Assembly: GCA_958009085.1 (NCBI GenBank) | Contig: OY253668.1 | Coordinates: forward strand, 434,001 to 498,000 | Reading direction: 5' to 3' | Origin: Protoeuglena noctilucae | Taxonomy: Eukaryota | DNA: 64,000 bases | Shown: positions 46,134-60,100 of the stretch, one piece after another | Position numbering within the stretch: the stretch's first letter is position 1 | How the letters are laid out: the number at the start of each line of letters is the position of its first letter | The notes under the pieces: generated by a model | Told to the model about the DNA's origin: nothing | Databases searched by the model: none | Seen by the model: the letters and a program-made list of their open reading frames with translations, nothing else | Made by a program: the position numbers and the translations under genes

Positions 46134-49100
46134 TCAGCTCCCCGGCTTGCTGCTCCTCACGACCGCTGCTGAGAGATCCTCCCTCGCCATCGCGGCCTTG
46201 ATCCCTCCCCGGGCGTACAGCGCCCCCGCCGCATCGTCCAGAAGCGTCTTAAGCGCCTGCGACCCCGCGGGGCTCGCCATGGGCGCCAGCGACCTCGCGA
46301 TGAGCGCCAGGTCCAGCTGCAGCTGCTTGACGGCCCCGGGAACCACGTGGCTGTCCCGTATGAGCTCCACGAGCGTCTTCAGGGCGATCTTGGCCACGGC
46401 TGCCACCAGGCTGCCCTGGGCCGCCTCCACGGGACCAAACACCTTGATGCGGTTGCCAAAGAGCACGTCCATCTCGCGCTCTGCGGGGCCAAGCAGACAC
46501 AAGAGAGTCGCCAATCGGGGCGCGTGGGTGACGCGGCTTCAATCGGCTCCAGAGACCGCGCGTGCTCACCGATGTTGCCCGACTGCACGACGCTCGGTGC
46601 CCCGGCGAAGACGTGGGGCGGCGGCCCCAGCCACGCGGCCAGCGCGTCGCTGCCCCCACCGCGGTTGGCGCGGTCCGGCAGCGCCGCCGCCACCTCTGCC
46701 GCGGCGCGCTCCAGCCCCTCCACGACGGCGCTGCTGACCACCGAGGGACCAGCCGGGGCGCCCCCCGCGCGCCCCGCGACGCCCGCCACGGAGCCGCGGA
46801 GCGCCGCCGAGATCTCCCGGCCTCGCAGCTGCACCCACCGCGCTAAGAGGCGGCTGGAAGCCTCTCCCAGCTGCCGAGACACCTCCGAGGCGTCAAAGGC
46901 TTGTCCCGTCCCGATCGCTGCCCCGGGGGCCGCCGAGGTTAGCGCCTCCGACACGCGGGCCACCACCGATTGCTCGAGCACTCCCGCAGCGAGGCGCGAC
47001 CCGGCCAGCGCCGCGACGGCGGCGTCCGGCGCCCGCGCTGCGTCGCTCGCCAGCTCCCACGCCACCCCGCACGCCCCGGCGGCGGCCGTGTCCACGAGCG
47101 ACTGCCCCTGGCGCCACGAAGAGGGCCCCAGGCAGGCGGCTTTCTGTACCCGGAACGACGCCGCGTCCTTGTCTCTCCCACGCATGGCCCCGCCCTCTGG
47201 GTGTGGGCCCTGCCCCACCATGCGCATCATGTGCCGCTGCAGGTCGGCGAAGCCCTGGGAAAGGCACTGCGCGGCCCACTTGGGCATGTCGTACGGCACC
47301 GGCACCCCTACCAGCGCCTGGGTCGGGACCAGGACTGGTCGCAAGCTCTGGGGGCGGAGGGCACGCATGCATGGTTGAGGAGCGGCCGGGCTCGCGGGCC
47401 ATATAAAACTAATGATACCGCTCGGCAGGCACCTGGAAGCAGGCCTCGAGTCCACTGCGCAGTGCACTCCGGCATCGTTCCATGACGTCGGCAGAGAGGG
47501 GCACCGCTGAGCCCGGTCGCGCAGCCTCCCTCAGGCAGAGCAGGGTGGCAGCGGGCCCGAATGCCACGCACGAGGCCACGTGCTGGCGAGCGCAGGCGAG
47601 GGCCAGCGACGCGCCCACCCAGGAGCTCCGCGCGCCTAAGGCGTCCAGCGCCGCACAGCCGTGCGTGTCCTCGAGCACCTGCTTGATCACGTTCAGCAGC
47701 GCCTGCGTGGGAGAGAGTAACGTATGCTCGGAAGCATGCACGCACCGGCTTGGCAATCCGCCTCATGCAAGCGTGGTGGCAATGCATCCAATCATTGATG
47801 GGGCACTTACCTGCGTGCCAAAATCCAGCTTCCACAGCGCAGGCGTCGCGAAGCCCTCCCACACCTTCTTCCCGCCGACGACGGACGCCCTGCAGCACAC
47901 AGAACGACGAGGGTGACACCCCATACTCGTGCACACGATGTGCAGCGAATTCAGGCAGGCGATGCAGCGCAGGGTCTGCGGCGCAGAGCCGCCGTCACCT
48001 GGGCGCCAGGCTGCTCGCGATGGCCGCCACCTGCCGCATGTAGCACCCCACCAGGGGGAACACGACCCCGGCGTCGCGAGCGGCCGCGGCCTTATCCTCC
48101 TTGGAAACCGGGAAGAGCGTGCGGTGGCGATTGACGGCCGCTGTCAGCGCCCCCAGCACCGCCGCGCCCATGTGCCGGACGAGGTCCTCGGCCCCCGAGG
48201 GCAGCGGCACGTCGGAGGCCTTGACAGCACTGGCAAACGAATCCCCCGCCGCTACCGGCGCCGCGGGCGGGAGCAGCTCCGCTTCCGCGCATCCCGACAG
48301 CCGCGCGGCCTCCTTGGCGCACCGCTTCAGCTCCCTCCGCACCGGCACCAGCATCCCTAGCAGCATCTCGTCGCGCAAGTCCGTGACGTCGTCTCCGATC
48401 TTCTGCGGGCATGATCCAGGCCGAGAGATGTCTTACAGAACGCGGAAGCATAGTGCTACCAGCTGATAGGGCTCCCAAGCCTGCACTGTTGATCCCAGGC
48501 ACCATCGGCCTCACCTCCAGCAGGTCGAGGGCCCCCTCCTCGCCGTCCGCGAGCCGGGCGCGGAGGCTTCGGCGGAGTCGGTCGACGAGCGGGCGGCACT
48601 CGGCGAGGACGGTGCGCAGGCCGCCCTGGTGGCCGAAGGCATCGAGGACCGGGCGGGCGGCCGCGTAGTAACCCGTGGCGATGTCGAGGGAGCCGCGGTC
48701 CAGCGCCATGCGGAGCTTGGTCGGCAGCGCGAAGACCGTCTCGAGGCGCTGCAGCACCGACCGCACCTCGCCCAGCTCGCCGACGCTCTGCCGGCGGGGG
48801 CGGATGCGGGCGTCGATGCGGGCGCTGCTGTCCGCCACCCGCTTCATCTCGCCCTGCAAGTCGCGCAGCCGGGATCCCATGGAAAAAAGCTCCTTGCGCA
48901 TCACGCGGATGCTGTCCGTGCTGTCGAGGAACTTGGAGTAGTTCTGGTACACGAGGGCTTGAAGCTCGGAGTTGAGCGCGCGGACCTCGTGCGCCATGGC
49001 CACGTGCGCGGACATCAGGTCCCGCAGCCTGGAAGCGAGCGATGGGATGTGAAGTCGGGCGAATACGTTAGGCGAGGCTAGCGAGGGCAGCAAGAAGGGT

Positions 49101-49485
49101 GCAAACCGCAGCGTACCGTAGCTTCTGCATCATGCTGTTGACGAAGTTGTCCGGATTGAAGCCCGAGATGTCCAGCGGAGAAGCCCCCACCATCGATGAG
49201 GTGCTTGAGTCGGTTGACGCGCGGGAGAGCCGGGGCTTGGAGTCGGAGCCCCCCGCCCCCTGGCTCGCCGCTGTGGCCAGCGCGTAGGGGGATCATCTGC
49301 CTCCAAACCAGCCACCCGTCCTTAAGTATGGTCCAAACATCTCGATGTCGCGAGCAGGAAGCGCTGCCGGGGCGCGGCTCACCGTGGGCATGATGGTGCC
49401 CCTCCGCACCATAGTACGCCTCCAGCAGGTTCTTTACTCGTCTCGCGCGCTCATCGATCACGGGATTCGCACCCTGTTGACTCAT
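46134..49485 (-). CDS. VPS51: GARP complex subunit VPS51
   Basis: DERARRVKNLLEAYYG, LDISGFNPDNFV, EVRALNSELQALVYQNYSKFLDSTDSIRVMR, KIALKTLVELIR..QLQLDL. Confidence 0.9.
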
Positions 49486-49855
49486 TTTTCGAGGAGCGGG
49501 GGCCGCAGCCCCGCCCGGATGGCGTGCTAGCCTTGACCGATGGTTCACGGGGTGTGGAAGGAACGCTCGGGGACGGCAGGCACCGACCACCCGGGCACAG
49601 CGAGCTCCAGACCGCAAAAGACCCAGACCCACCGAGGACGGGCATGCGGGGAAAGAAATTCGCTTCGACAGGGTGGTTTCTGACGCGCGTCTCGACTCAA
49701 GTCGGCTGCTGCCGGGGCTCGAGAGCAGACGCAGCGATTGGTGCAGGCGAGAGAGGCCGGCGAGTCCGTTTGCCCTTTGGCCGCTTCGGCCGCGCCACCC
49801 GGGCCTGGGCGTGTGCGCTTGTTCCCGGCTCCGGCCAGCGCGACTCGCAGTGGCG

Positions 49856-52800
49856 ATGACGCGGAAGCAGGAGCAACCCGTGAGAACCCCTGGCCGCACA
49901 GTGGGCCAGAAGGCCAGTCGCGGTGAGCGGATGGTGGATTGTTGCGACGTCGGCCATTCGAACTCAAGGGGGCTGCTGGAAGGCTTCAAGACTTCCACTG
50001 CCGAACAATCCCACCTCTCAGGAGTCCTGAGAGATGTTTGAAATTGAGGCTGATGCTTTCTGCGAACCTGCCTGCAGAGGAGGTCCAGAAGGAGTCGGCG
50101 GCGCGCATCCTCAGCGAAGTCTGCGCCATATGCCTCGATGACCTCGCTTCGTTCGCGACGTTGGGCCGACCAAGCGGGTGCGGGCATCTCTTCTGCGAGC
50201 GCGACGTCACGGCGCACTGCAAGTCGCGCCCAGCGGCACAGGTCCGTGCCACACCTGCTTCCCAGCCCCGCCCCGCCTCTTCGACGCCCCCTCAGCTCTC
50301 AAACATCGCCGTTCTCCACGCAGGAGCCCATCTGTCCGTGCTGCCGCACCGAGTTTGAGCTCATCGAGCTGATCGATACGGCGTCGCTGCGTGATGTGGC
50401 TGAGGGCAGGCGGGAGGAGCCAGAGACGCGCATGGTGCCCGTGCCAGCTGGCAAGATATCGGAGAACGCAGAAGGTGCGGCACAGAGATGCGCCACAGGG
50501 CCGCGCTGGGTGGGCGACAGCCTCCGCATCCCCATTACGCGCTGTCGCTGCTTGCAGAGGAGGATGGCGGCGTGGACGCCAGGGAGTGGTACCAGTCCCT
50601 GCGCTGCGAGGTGTGCGAGCGACAGGACCAGGAAGACCGCATGGTGCTGTGCGATGGGTGCGACCGAGGGTACCACATCCACTGCATGGACCCTCCATGG
50701 TCGCGCGTGCCCCGAGGGGACTGGTACTGCCCCGCCTGTCAAGGTAAGCACAGGTGGCGCAACATTGCCAGGGTGGAGCTCGCCAGGGCCGTACACCCTG
50801 CCTGGCGGTGCCCGTGCTCGCCCGGGTCACCTGCGCCAACGCAGAGCCGCACCGCCTGCAGAGCTCCGCGAGCAGTACCTGGCGTACGAGCGCGACCTGG
50901 ATCGGCAGTACGCAGAACGCCGTGCGGGGCGCAGCGGGGCGCGCGGCACCAGCGGCGGGCAAAGGCGGGGCTCGGCGGCGGGTGGCGGGCAGCGGGGGCG
51001 CGCCCGCCTGCGCCGCACCTCTCGCCGCGAGTCCGACGGCAGCGCTTCCGACGACTCCTTCGTCGTTCCCGACTCGGACCTGGAGGACTCGGACGAGGGG
51101 TCGGTCCAGTTTGTGTCGAGCAGCGGCGACAGCAGCGACGAGAGTTCCGGGGAGGGCCCATTGGAGGAGGAGGTCGGCGGGAGGGGCAGGCGGGCAGGGG
51201 AGGAGCGGGGGCAAGATGGTAGTGGCTGGGTGTCGCGGCGGCAGCGGCGGCCCGCGGGGGCGGGGACGGGGGCAAGAGGGCGCGCCAGGGACAGGCACGT
51301 GGAGCGGGGTCCGTCGGGACGGGCCGCCAGTCGGGGCCGGAGGCGGCGTGAGAGCCCCGCTCCCATCGAGCGGGTAATGGCGGCGATGAGCGACCCCCGG
51401 GCGAGGCGCCGGGAGGCGCTGCGGGCGGCGGCGGAGCGGGACTCTCGGGTCGTGGAGCCGGTGCGCCAGGCCCTGGCCCGCGCACGCAGCGGCGCCGCGG
51501 CGTTCCCCGTCTCGGCGTCGAGTCCCTCTGGGGACGCGGAGGGCGCGGCTGCAGCTGCCGCGACGCAAGGGCCGGGGTCGCGGCAGGCGACGCGAGACCG
51601 GCTCCGGCAGATTGCGGGGCGGGGCGCATCGGCATCTGGAGGAGAGCGCGGGGGCGCGGGGCTGCGGGTGGTGGACGTGAGTGACTCGGAGTCCTCCAAG
51701 AGCGACGCGAGTTTGGACCGGCTGCCTCTCCGGGCCCGCCTACTCCTGCGGCAGGGGGGAGAGACGGGGAGGGCAGGCGCGACCGGCACTGCTACGGCAG
51801 TCCGGGGCGCTGCGGCTGCGGGTGCGGATGGCGACGACTACGACGCGATGCAGAGGCGTCTGCGGAGGGCGGCGTTGGAGGCGCGGAGTGCGGCTGCGGC
51901 GGCGGCCCCAACGCCCCGCACACCGGTGGCCCCCACGGCGGGCGGCGCGGGGCCGGGGTCTGCTCGGGGCACGGGGCCGCCCTCGCGAGGGCGCGGGTGG
52001 ATGGTCTTCCCGGGCGACTTGGCGTCCGCGGAGCCTGCCGTCGCGAACGGCGCCCGGCGTAGGAGCGGCGGGGCGGCGACGCCTGCAGCTGCAATGGCAG
52101 CCGCGCGCACGCCCTCGGCGGTTGCGGGATCCCCTCCCCGGCCGACGCCCGTGCCGCTGTCGGCGTGGGGCGGCATGCGGAGCCCGGGGTACGTGGCGGG
52201 GAGTGGGTTGCGTGCAGAGGCGTCGGGGAGGCCCCATCCCGTGGGAGACTCGGCGCGGGCGTTGTTCAACAGCTTCGGCTTTGGTCAGGGCGCGCCGGCG
52301 GGCGACGGGGTGGGGGTGCAGGGCAAGCACGACAGAAGCGATGCGGGGCCTGATGAGAGGCCGGGGCCGTCGGAGGGGGGGCGCGTGGCGAACCCGTTTG
52401 CGCGGCCGCCAGTCGCCACGCCGAGCTGGGCACCGCCAGGCCCACGGATGGTCCTGAATGCGAATTCCGGGGTTCATGGTGTCAATGGGAGGGTGCCGGA
52501 TGTGCTAAGACATGAGAGAGCTGGCAGGACGCGCCGAGAGGGGGCGGGGGAGCCTCGGCCTGGGGACAGGTCTATCGGCCTCAGCGGCGGTGACCGGGGG
52601 GGCAGTTGGGCAGCGGACCAAGGGGGCCCGTCGTCAGGGGAGGGTGGGAGCGGGGCGCGCGCTCGTAGGGCTGAGGAGCGGCAACTGAAGGAGGCCCTGG
52701 CCCCCCGGTGCAAGGCTGCACTTAAGAGCATGAAGCTCGGGCTGGGGAAGGAGGGCTTCCGGGACGCGTGTCGTGCGGCGACCCATCGCCTGGTGGCGGT

Positions 52801-52966
52801 GGCGATGGGCTTGGGGGGCGCGGGGGCGGTGGGAGAGGAGGAGGTGCTCCGAGCGGTGCGGGCGGCGGTGGGCGACGGTGCGGGGCATGCGGCCGGAAGG
52901 GGCGGGGGGTTGGCTGGCGAGGCGCGGGCGGACGGCGTAGCCGCCGACGAGGAGTACTCGGCGTGA
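49856..52966 (+). CDS. RING + PHD finger protein (PHRF1-like) with disordered middle and SRI-like helical C-terminus
   Basis: RING CAICLD...CGHLFC...CPCCR. PHD CEVCERQDQEDRMVLCDGCDRGYHIHCMDPP...GDWYCPAC. C-terminal KAALK..LGKEGFRDACRAATH. Start exon inferred. Confidence 0.8.
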
Positions 52967-53078
52967 GAGACGTGACAGGCGTCGATCATGGGGAGATGCT
53001 TGAGCATGGAGTGTGGCTGGCGCTTTGCTGGTGGCGCAGTTTGCGTTGAAGGATGACCTGGACGTGGTTCAAAGCGCG

Positions 53079-53083
53079 TTACA
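53079..53083 (-). promoter_or_regulatory. TGTAA polyadenylation signal (cyclophilin)
   Basis: TTACA on the + strand, about 22 nt downstream of the cyclophilin stop codon. Confidence 0.5.
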
Positions 53084-53104
53084 CCCGCAAGACCTCATGC
53101 CAAT

Positions 53105-54655
53105 TCACGCCTTGACCTCGCCCGAGGCCTTGATGACGATGGCCTTCTGGGGGCGGTCCATGCGGTCCGTCTTGGCCGCCTCGATCTTCTTCACGATGTC
53201 CATGCCCTGCAACGGACGTGGCTAATCAGGAGATGTCGAATTCAAACACCGCAGACCCGCGCAAGCAACAACAAACACCAACTCGCCGAACATCGCTACC
53301 AGCCACCCAATCCTTGTCCCCGTATGTCACCTCCACGACCTCGCCACACGTCACAAGCCCCTGCGGCCCTCGCCTCGACGACCCCGCCACATGTCCCCTC
53401 CCACAGCGGCCCTCACCACGTCGCCCTCCCACCGCGGCCCTCACCTCGACGACCTCCCCGAAGACGACGTGGCGGCCATCGAGCCACGGGCACGGCACCG
53501 TCGTGATGAAGAACTGGGACCCGTTCGTGTTGGGGCCCGCGTTGGCCATGGACAGAAGGCCGGGGACCGTGTGCTTGATCTTGAAGTTCTCGTCGGCAAA
53601 CGTGCGGCCGTAGATGGACTTGCCGCCCGTGCCGTTGCCGGCCGTGAAGTCGCCGCCCTGGATCATGAAGTCCTGCGCACCGAAGCAGACCCGAGGCAGG
53701 CCTGTTCCAGGTTCGCACGGCCGCTCGCCGTCGGGGCGACGCGGCGTGGCTCAGCGCAGCTCGCTCAACACTCAGCTCGCCGGCAGGCGTAAGGCGAGGC
53801 TGGCGGGTCCGGATCGACGCTGCGGGTCTGGTGCTGTCACCTTAATGACGCGGTGGAAGCCGCTCCCCGCGTAGCCCATGCCCTGCTCCCCCGTGCAGAG
53901 GGCGCGGAAGTTCTCCGCCGTCTTGGGGACCACCTGCGGGAGTTGCATGACATGAGAGGTCAAACACGCGATCTACTTGCTGGAGGGACTGCTGAGGAGG
54001 ACCTCGAGCTGGGCTGCACGCTTGTAGAAGACACTCACGTCACCGTAGAGGCCGAAGACCACGCGACCCAGGGGGCTGCCGCCCTCCTCGATGTCGAAGT
54101 ACACCTTGGTCGTGACTGCGGACGAGGAAAGCAATCAAGTTAGGCTCTGCCGTAATCCCATGGCACAGGCACGGGCAGCTTGCTGGGGTTGAGGTCAGGA
54201 CGATTGCAGCGCCTCACTGTTGTTGCCGGTCTTGGAGGCCATGCACCGGACAGCGCGGACGGACGAGGGCTTGACGAGCGTAGCGGGCTGCAGGGACCTG
54301 CGAGACGAGATCGGCTGTGGGTGTGGGTGTGATGGCCAGCAGGTGGGCCGCGCCCCACCAACCCCTCTCTTCCAGCCTCCTCGCCTGACAGAAGCGGACG
54401 CGAACCCACGGCACGAAGAGACGATGCCCCTCGCGGAAGCCCGGGGCACCTCGGCGCGGGCGGCGGCCGCCACGGAGGCGGTGGCGCGCGTCTGCAGGCG
54501 AAGGGCTCATCAGAGCGCCTCAGCGGCGACAGCGGCGCGCGCGATCCCTGAAACCGTGCATTACAAGAGCCAAAAGCGCTTGGCTTCGTGGGGTGGAGCA
54601 GGGATGCGCGAGAGTGGCTCCAATCTCGTGCGGTACGTACCACGGACGAGATCAT
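53105..54655 (-). CDS. Cyclophilin-type peptidyl-prolyl isomerase with organellar transit peptide
   Basis: [74 protein letters not shown]-terminus is R/S/A-rich. Confidence 0.95.
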
Positions 54656-55055
54656 GATTCCTGGCGCGCTGGGTGGGCGATGCAGGTCGCTGCGGGAGAT
54701 CGAGTCGTCCGGAAGTCTGGGGCGACGGTAGGCTGGGCCGCCCGGGTCGAGTTGGAAAGGAAACACTCCAACTGGCGTCAGACGCAGCCGAGCTTGTCAC
54801 CCGCGCGGTCGCCGCGAGGCAGGAGACATCGGTGGGGATCGAACGAGAGGCTGCGAGTCGGGATTGTCGGATTTTGCCGGAAGGAGCTTTGCGCCGCCCC
54901 GATTGCCCGCCCGGGCTACCAGGAGTCCCCTGGGCATCGAGAAGCATCATTGACGTGTTTCTCGACCTGCGTTGTTCGGAGCCTTGCGCGTTTGGGCACA
55001 GCTCAGCCATCTCCCGCGTCCGGCGACCCCGCCCTGGAGAATTTAACCCGCTTCG

Positions 55056-56840
55056 ATGCCGCCGAAGGATTTAAAGGCGGAGAAGCGGCGGGTGGAGACT
55101 CTCAAGAAGGCGAGGACCCTCGCAGCGGCGACTCCTTGCTCGCGGCTGCAGTGGAGGACGAGCGGCACGAGGCAGGGGGGCACGCACCACACTGGAAGCA
55201 ATCTGGGGCGTCGCGCTTCCTCCCCGCATCCGCGACACCCTCGACGTGGTGCTGCCCGGTGGTCCCGTGGTCGTGAAGCCGCCATTCGTTCCCAGTGCTG
55301 CGCCGACCCCTCCGCTCCCTCGACCATCTCGCAGGTCGCAGAGGACAAGACGTTCGGTCTCAAGAACAAAAACAAGTCCAAGAAGGTCCAGCAATATGTC
55401 GCTTCAACGCTGAAGTCGGCCGCTGACTCGTCGCGCGAGCTCGCTAAGGCTCAGAAGGCGCAGGTGCGGCCGGGAGCGCGACGTTCTGCGTGGCGGCGGT
55501 GCGCGCGCCGATCCATTCCGCGCCGACGTGCTATTTCGCGGCCGGCGCCTCGCAGGCGGAGGCGAAGCTGGCCCGGGAGGAGAAGAAGAAGGCGGCGGAG
55601 GCCGTCAGCGCTCTCCTGGAGGGCGTCATTGTTCAGCCCAAGCTGAAGCCCGGCCAGGACCCCAAGTCCGTGTTGTGCGAGTTCTTCCGCCACGGCAAGT
55701 GCAAGAAGGGCGAGAACTGCCGGTACAGCCACGACTGGGGCGTCGAGGTTGTGCGCAAGGGGCCCAAGATCGACCTGTTCACGGACCAGAGGTGCGCGGC
55801 GCGGCAGAGGAGGCGTCGGCGTCGCTAGATCCCGCTCACGTGCCATGCATCGCATCGGTTGCGGCCCCCAGGGACGATGGCATGGAGAACTGGGACCAGG
55901 AGACGCTCGAGCGTGCCGTGGCCGAGAAGCATGGCGCAGAGGCTGGCAAGCCCAACAAGACCAAGATCATTTGCAAGTTCTTTTTGGACGCCGTCGAGAA
56001 GCGGCAGTACGGGTGGTTCTGGAAGTGTCCCAACGGGGAGGCGTGCATCTACCGGCACGCGCTGCCCCCGGGCTATGTGCTCAAGTCGGAGATGCAGCAG
56101 ATGCTGGCGGAGGAGAAGGCCAACCAGGCGAGACGCGAGCCATGGCGGGGCGGGCGAGGCGCAGGGAGAGGCGGTGGGGTGCGGGCAGCCTGGCGCGTGC
56201 GGGGTGACGAGGCGACCCGACGGCGTGTCGTGTTTGCTGCAGGTGGATATCTCGGACACTCTCGAGGCCGAGCGGCAGAAGGTGGACGCCAAGACGCCCA
56301 TCACGGAGGCGGTGTTCCGGGAGTGGCGGCGCGGCAAGGTCGAGGAGCGGCGGGCGAGGCTCGACAAGGAGCGCGCCGAGCGGTTGCGGGCGGGGCGGCT
56401 CACGGGGAAGGAGATATTCGAGTCGGATGGGTTTGTGGCGGAGGACGACGACGCCGCGGGTGGTGGGGATGACTACCAGAGGGAGATCGGTGCGTGGGGT
56501 TGCGGGTTTGCGAGTTGCACTCGTCACGACCGTCACCGCCACCAGCGCGAATGGTTGCTCGGACACTGCCGTTATTCATGCTTACTGGCGCCCTCCCTTG
56601 CTACCTTGGGCCCTTCCCTCACGCGCAGATTGGGAGGCGGAGGAGCGGGCGGTCAAGGAGGCGGCGGCACGTGCGTTAGACGAAGCGCGGGGCGCCATAT
56701 CCTCTCTGGGTCTGGACGACCAAGAAGCTGAGGAGTTGTTCGGTGGCGACGACGATGACGACGACGACGAGGGTGATGGCGATGGGGTGGATGGGGAGGA
56801 CGACGGTGACGGGGATGGACCAAGTGAACAAGGGGCATGA
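55056..56840 (+). CDS. ZC3H15: CCCH zinc finger protein ZC3H15/Tma46 (DFRP1 family)
   Basis: EDKTFGLKNKNKSKKVQQYV, DPKSVLCEFF..GKCKKG..CRYSHD, ICKFFLDAVE..QYGWFWKCPNG..CIYRHALPPGYVLK, LTGKEIF. Confidence 0.93.
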
Positions 56841-57179
56841 TGAGTCGCACACCTGGCTGCCGCGGCCTCAGCCGTCGAGGTCGTTGTGTGGCGTGCGGAT
56901 GTCTCGCGTGCGGCTGAGTTGCCTGGTCTTTGCTGCTTGGGAAGTGCGACTGTCGCTGAGAAGCGCTCTCTGGAGCTGCTCGCTTGCCCAGGTGTCCTGT
57001 GAGAGGTTTGAATATTGTGAGACTAGGTGCGCCAGTCGGGGCGCGAGTCGCAGTAGGAAATCACGTACGAAAACGGAGCCATGGCTCATCCTGCCGCAGG
57101 AAGCTCCCCCGCAGTGTGCCATGCAGCCCTGGATGATCACAGCATCGATCACAGCTCTAGCAACAGCCCAGCCGTGGCC

Positions 57180-60100
57180 CTATGTCCCCGCCACACCGTC
57201 CCCGGCGCCGAGCAGCCCCACCCACACGATCCTGGCCTCGACCAACGTGCCCGCCTCCTTCCCCGGCCCCGACTCGACAGGGAAGGCCGCGTCGAGGGTG
57301 CAGTTGTGCCCTGCGATGCACAGGGAGTGTCGCGCCGCAGTCGCCGCGAGACTCAATGCAGTGTCAAGGGCCCTTGCTTCCCCCTGTGCTGCAACTAGAC
57401 ACATCGCTGGTATCTCTGCAGTGACCGAGAGGTGCTCTCACCCGTGGAGATGACGGTCTCAATGGGGACTGTGACGGTGCCAACGACTTCGTCGCGAGTG
57501 AAAGCGTCATAGTCCATCACTGTGAGGACCACCGAAGCCGACCGCCGCACGTCGAACCACTCGAAAGTCTCCCTGATGCACGGCAAGGGAATGGTCGTGT
57601 CAGCGCCAACACTCAGAAGCAATCAGCAGCCCTGACTGCAGCTGGCCGGTGTGTTGGAGGAAGGAATGTCACCCCCGCAGTGGAGCTGCGTCACACAACA
57701 AACATCATCATCCCTACCATCCACGCTGCTCGCCCCGTCCGCCTCACCCGAACCACACCGCGTCGTCCTTTCTCACGGACTTGCGGATGGCAGTGCGGCC
57801 GCGCCTGCCCTCGCTTTTGCTGCCGCCCTTCGCCTCCCCGCCGTCCAGAAGCCTGGCGACGATGTAGGGATCGCACCAGCTGAACACGTCCATCTTGGGA
57901 AGACGCAGCACCTGCGATTCGCAACACAGTCAACGTCTATAGGTGCTGACCCGCCGCTTGCGCCGCAACACAAAGGGCCGCTCGTGCAGGCAGCCGCAGC
58001 CGCAGCTCGCGCTCGCCTTGAAGATCTTGAGCACAACGGCCCCCATGTGGCTCTGCCCCGAGGCGGACGTCGATATGAAGGTGCAGTTGAGATGCAGGAC
58101 GCCCTTGCCCGCGCCGCAGCCGAGGTCAAACCCCAAGGGACCCAACGGCACCTTGATGACGCGCCCGGTCGGCTGCGACGGAGGCAGGGCAAGTTGGGCT
58201 CACAGTGTCACACCGGTGACAAGCGGATACCTGACATGCGGCCCGGTCCAGTAGAGAGCCAGTCGTGTGCTGGAACGACGCCGTAGTACTCCGTGCAAAG
58301 AATGGCCCCTTGCGTGGTCCCGCGCCCTCACCACCCGCGTGACCTTGGGCGCCCCCCGCTGCTTCGCCCCGCTCCCTTCCCGGGTCGTATCGTCACCGTC
58401 GTCTTCCCTGACGAGTTCCAAAACGTGCTCCACGTGCAGCAGACCCCTCGCAATGACTTTGTCCATGGAAATGGCACCCTCCCGCGCCACGGCTGCAATC
58501 AGGCACATCGATGGATGACTGGCTTACCCAGGCGGTCTCCTCTGCTCTCCACAGCTGCTGGCTGGCTCAGCGTATGCATGCACCACAGGCATTCGCTAGT
58601 ACTAACTCCGGCACTCACCGACATGCAGCTTCTCCCATGCGGGCTCCTTGATAAGGAATTGGAAGCGCTCGTTGTAGACCGGAGACGTGCCCCTCCGCGC
58701 CGAGGTGGCCTTCACGTCATGCGGGCGCACGAACAGGTCCACGTGGGACCGCAGGGAGCGACCCTCGGACGCCTCCAGGCCCTCAGCCTTAATCACTGCG
58801 GGTGCGGCACGGGACACACGTCGTTGGCTTAGCCAGCGTCAGAGCTCGTCAAGCTGCCAGGCTTAGTTACTGAGGTGTCATCACTTTCATGTGGCCTGTC
58901 CTGTGCTCCTCACCGACCACGTCGAGGCATCCCGTGACCTTGGGCTCCATCATCTGTGGCCGCCATCCCTGAGGGCACGGAGCAGGCGTCGCAAGGCATG
59001 TCAGTCTCTCTCTTGACACCCTGTGCTGTGCCAGGCACCCTGTGCTGTGCCAGATATCCAGTGCTGTGTGTTATATGCCTCGCCGCGCACCTCCGGGAGG
59101 TGGTCTTTGACCAGGAAAGAGAGGTCGATGATCTGCCGATCTGGCCAGACAAAGGCCTTCACGAGTTTCTCCGTGACGAGGTGGGAGATCCAAGCAATGA
59201 CGGGGCTCGCGGCCGCCACCGCTGCCGTGGTGACGCCGCCAGACACTGCGGTGGCAAGCGACGACAGGTGACGTGTGCTGGCAGGCGGGGTGGTCACAGC
59301 GTGCTGCGCCATATGGCCACATGCGCGACAGACTGGCGGCCCTCTCATGCAGCCCGCACATGCCAAGACGCACACACCTGTCGGGCGGTACCGTATCAAG
59401 GGTTCCTCGAGGAACGACACCGTGAAGCCGCCAAAGGGAGGTATGGCGCCGACGAGGGGCGTGACGATGATGCGGACCCTTCCCTTGAACGAGATGTCCT
59501 GCACCTTGACAATCATGGACCCCACGTGACGGGAGAAAAAGTCCCCCAGTCTATGTGGCACGGTCTTCACCATGAGCTGTATGTCGGCATCGCTGCTCCA
59601 CGTGGACGACGCGTCGATGACCAGGTCCCCCGTGACCCAGCGCTGCGCAGAGATGCTGTCGATGCAGAGTGGGGTCGATCCGAAGTTGATCCGCTTGAAC
59701 TCGATCCGGGAGATGTAGGGAGGCTGGGGACAGGGACAGTGGGCGTGCGTCAGCCACTGCCGTCGCCGTCGCTGCGCATCTAGCCACTGCCGCTCGTGCT
59801 CAGGGCGTGTCGGCGGCGACATTGCGTCCCGACATCGCCAGCCCCTCGCCTTGTATCGCTCCAGAGGGGGTTGCAGCCACACCGCCAGATTCTCCGCCAA
59901 TGCCTGGTCGTAGAAGGGCCAGCTGTTCTCGATGGCTCGGTTGAGCCACGCGCACTGCTCGGCGTCCTGCAGGTCGACCCACTCGGGCCACCGGTCCAGC
60001 ACCGCCCTGACAAAGGCGGGGCCCGGCGTGAGGCGCAGGGCGCGCGCCACGACGCGGCGGTGACGCAGGCGCCGCATCTTGACCAGGGCCCCTGCCAGGC

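Noticed and set aside
49240..49400. Apparent frame conflict or TGA in VPS51 exon 2
   Set aside because: Using the downstream CCACAG acceptor restores the conserved LDISGFNPDNFV frame.
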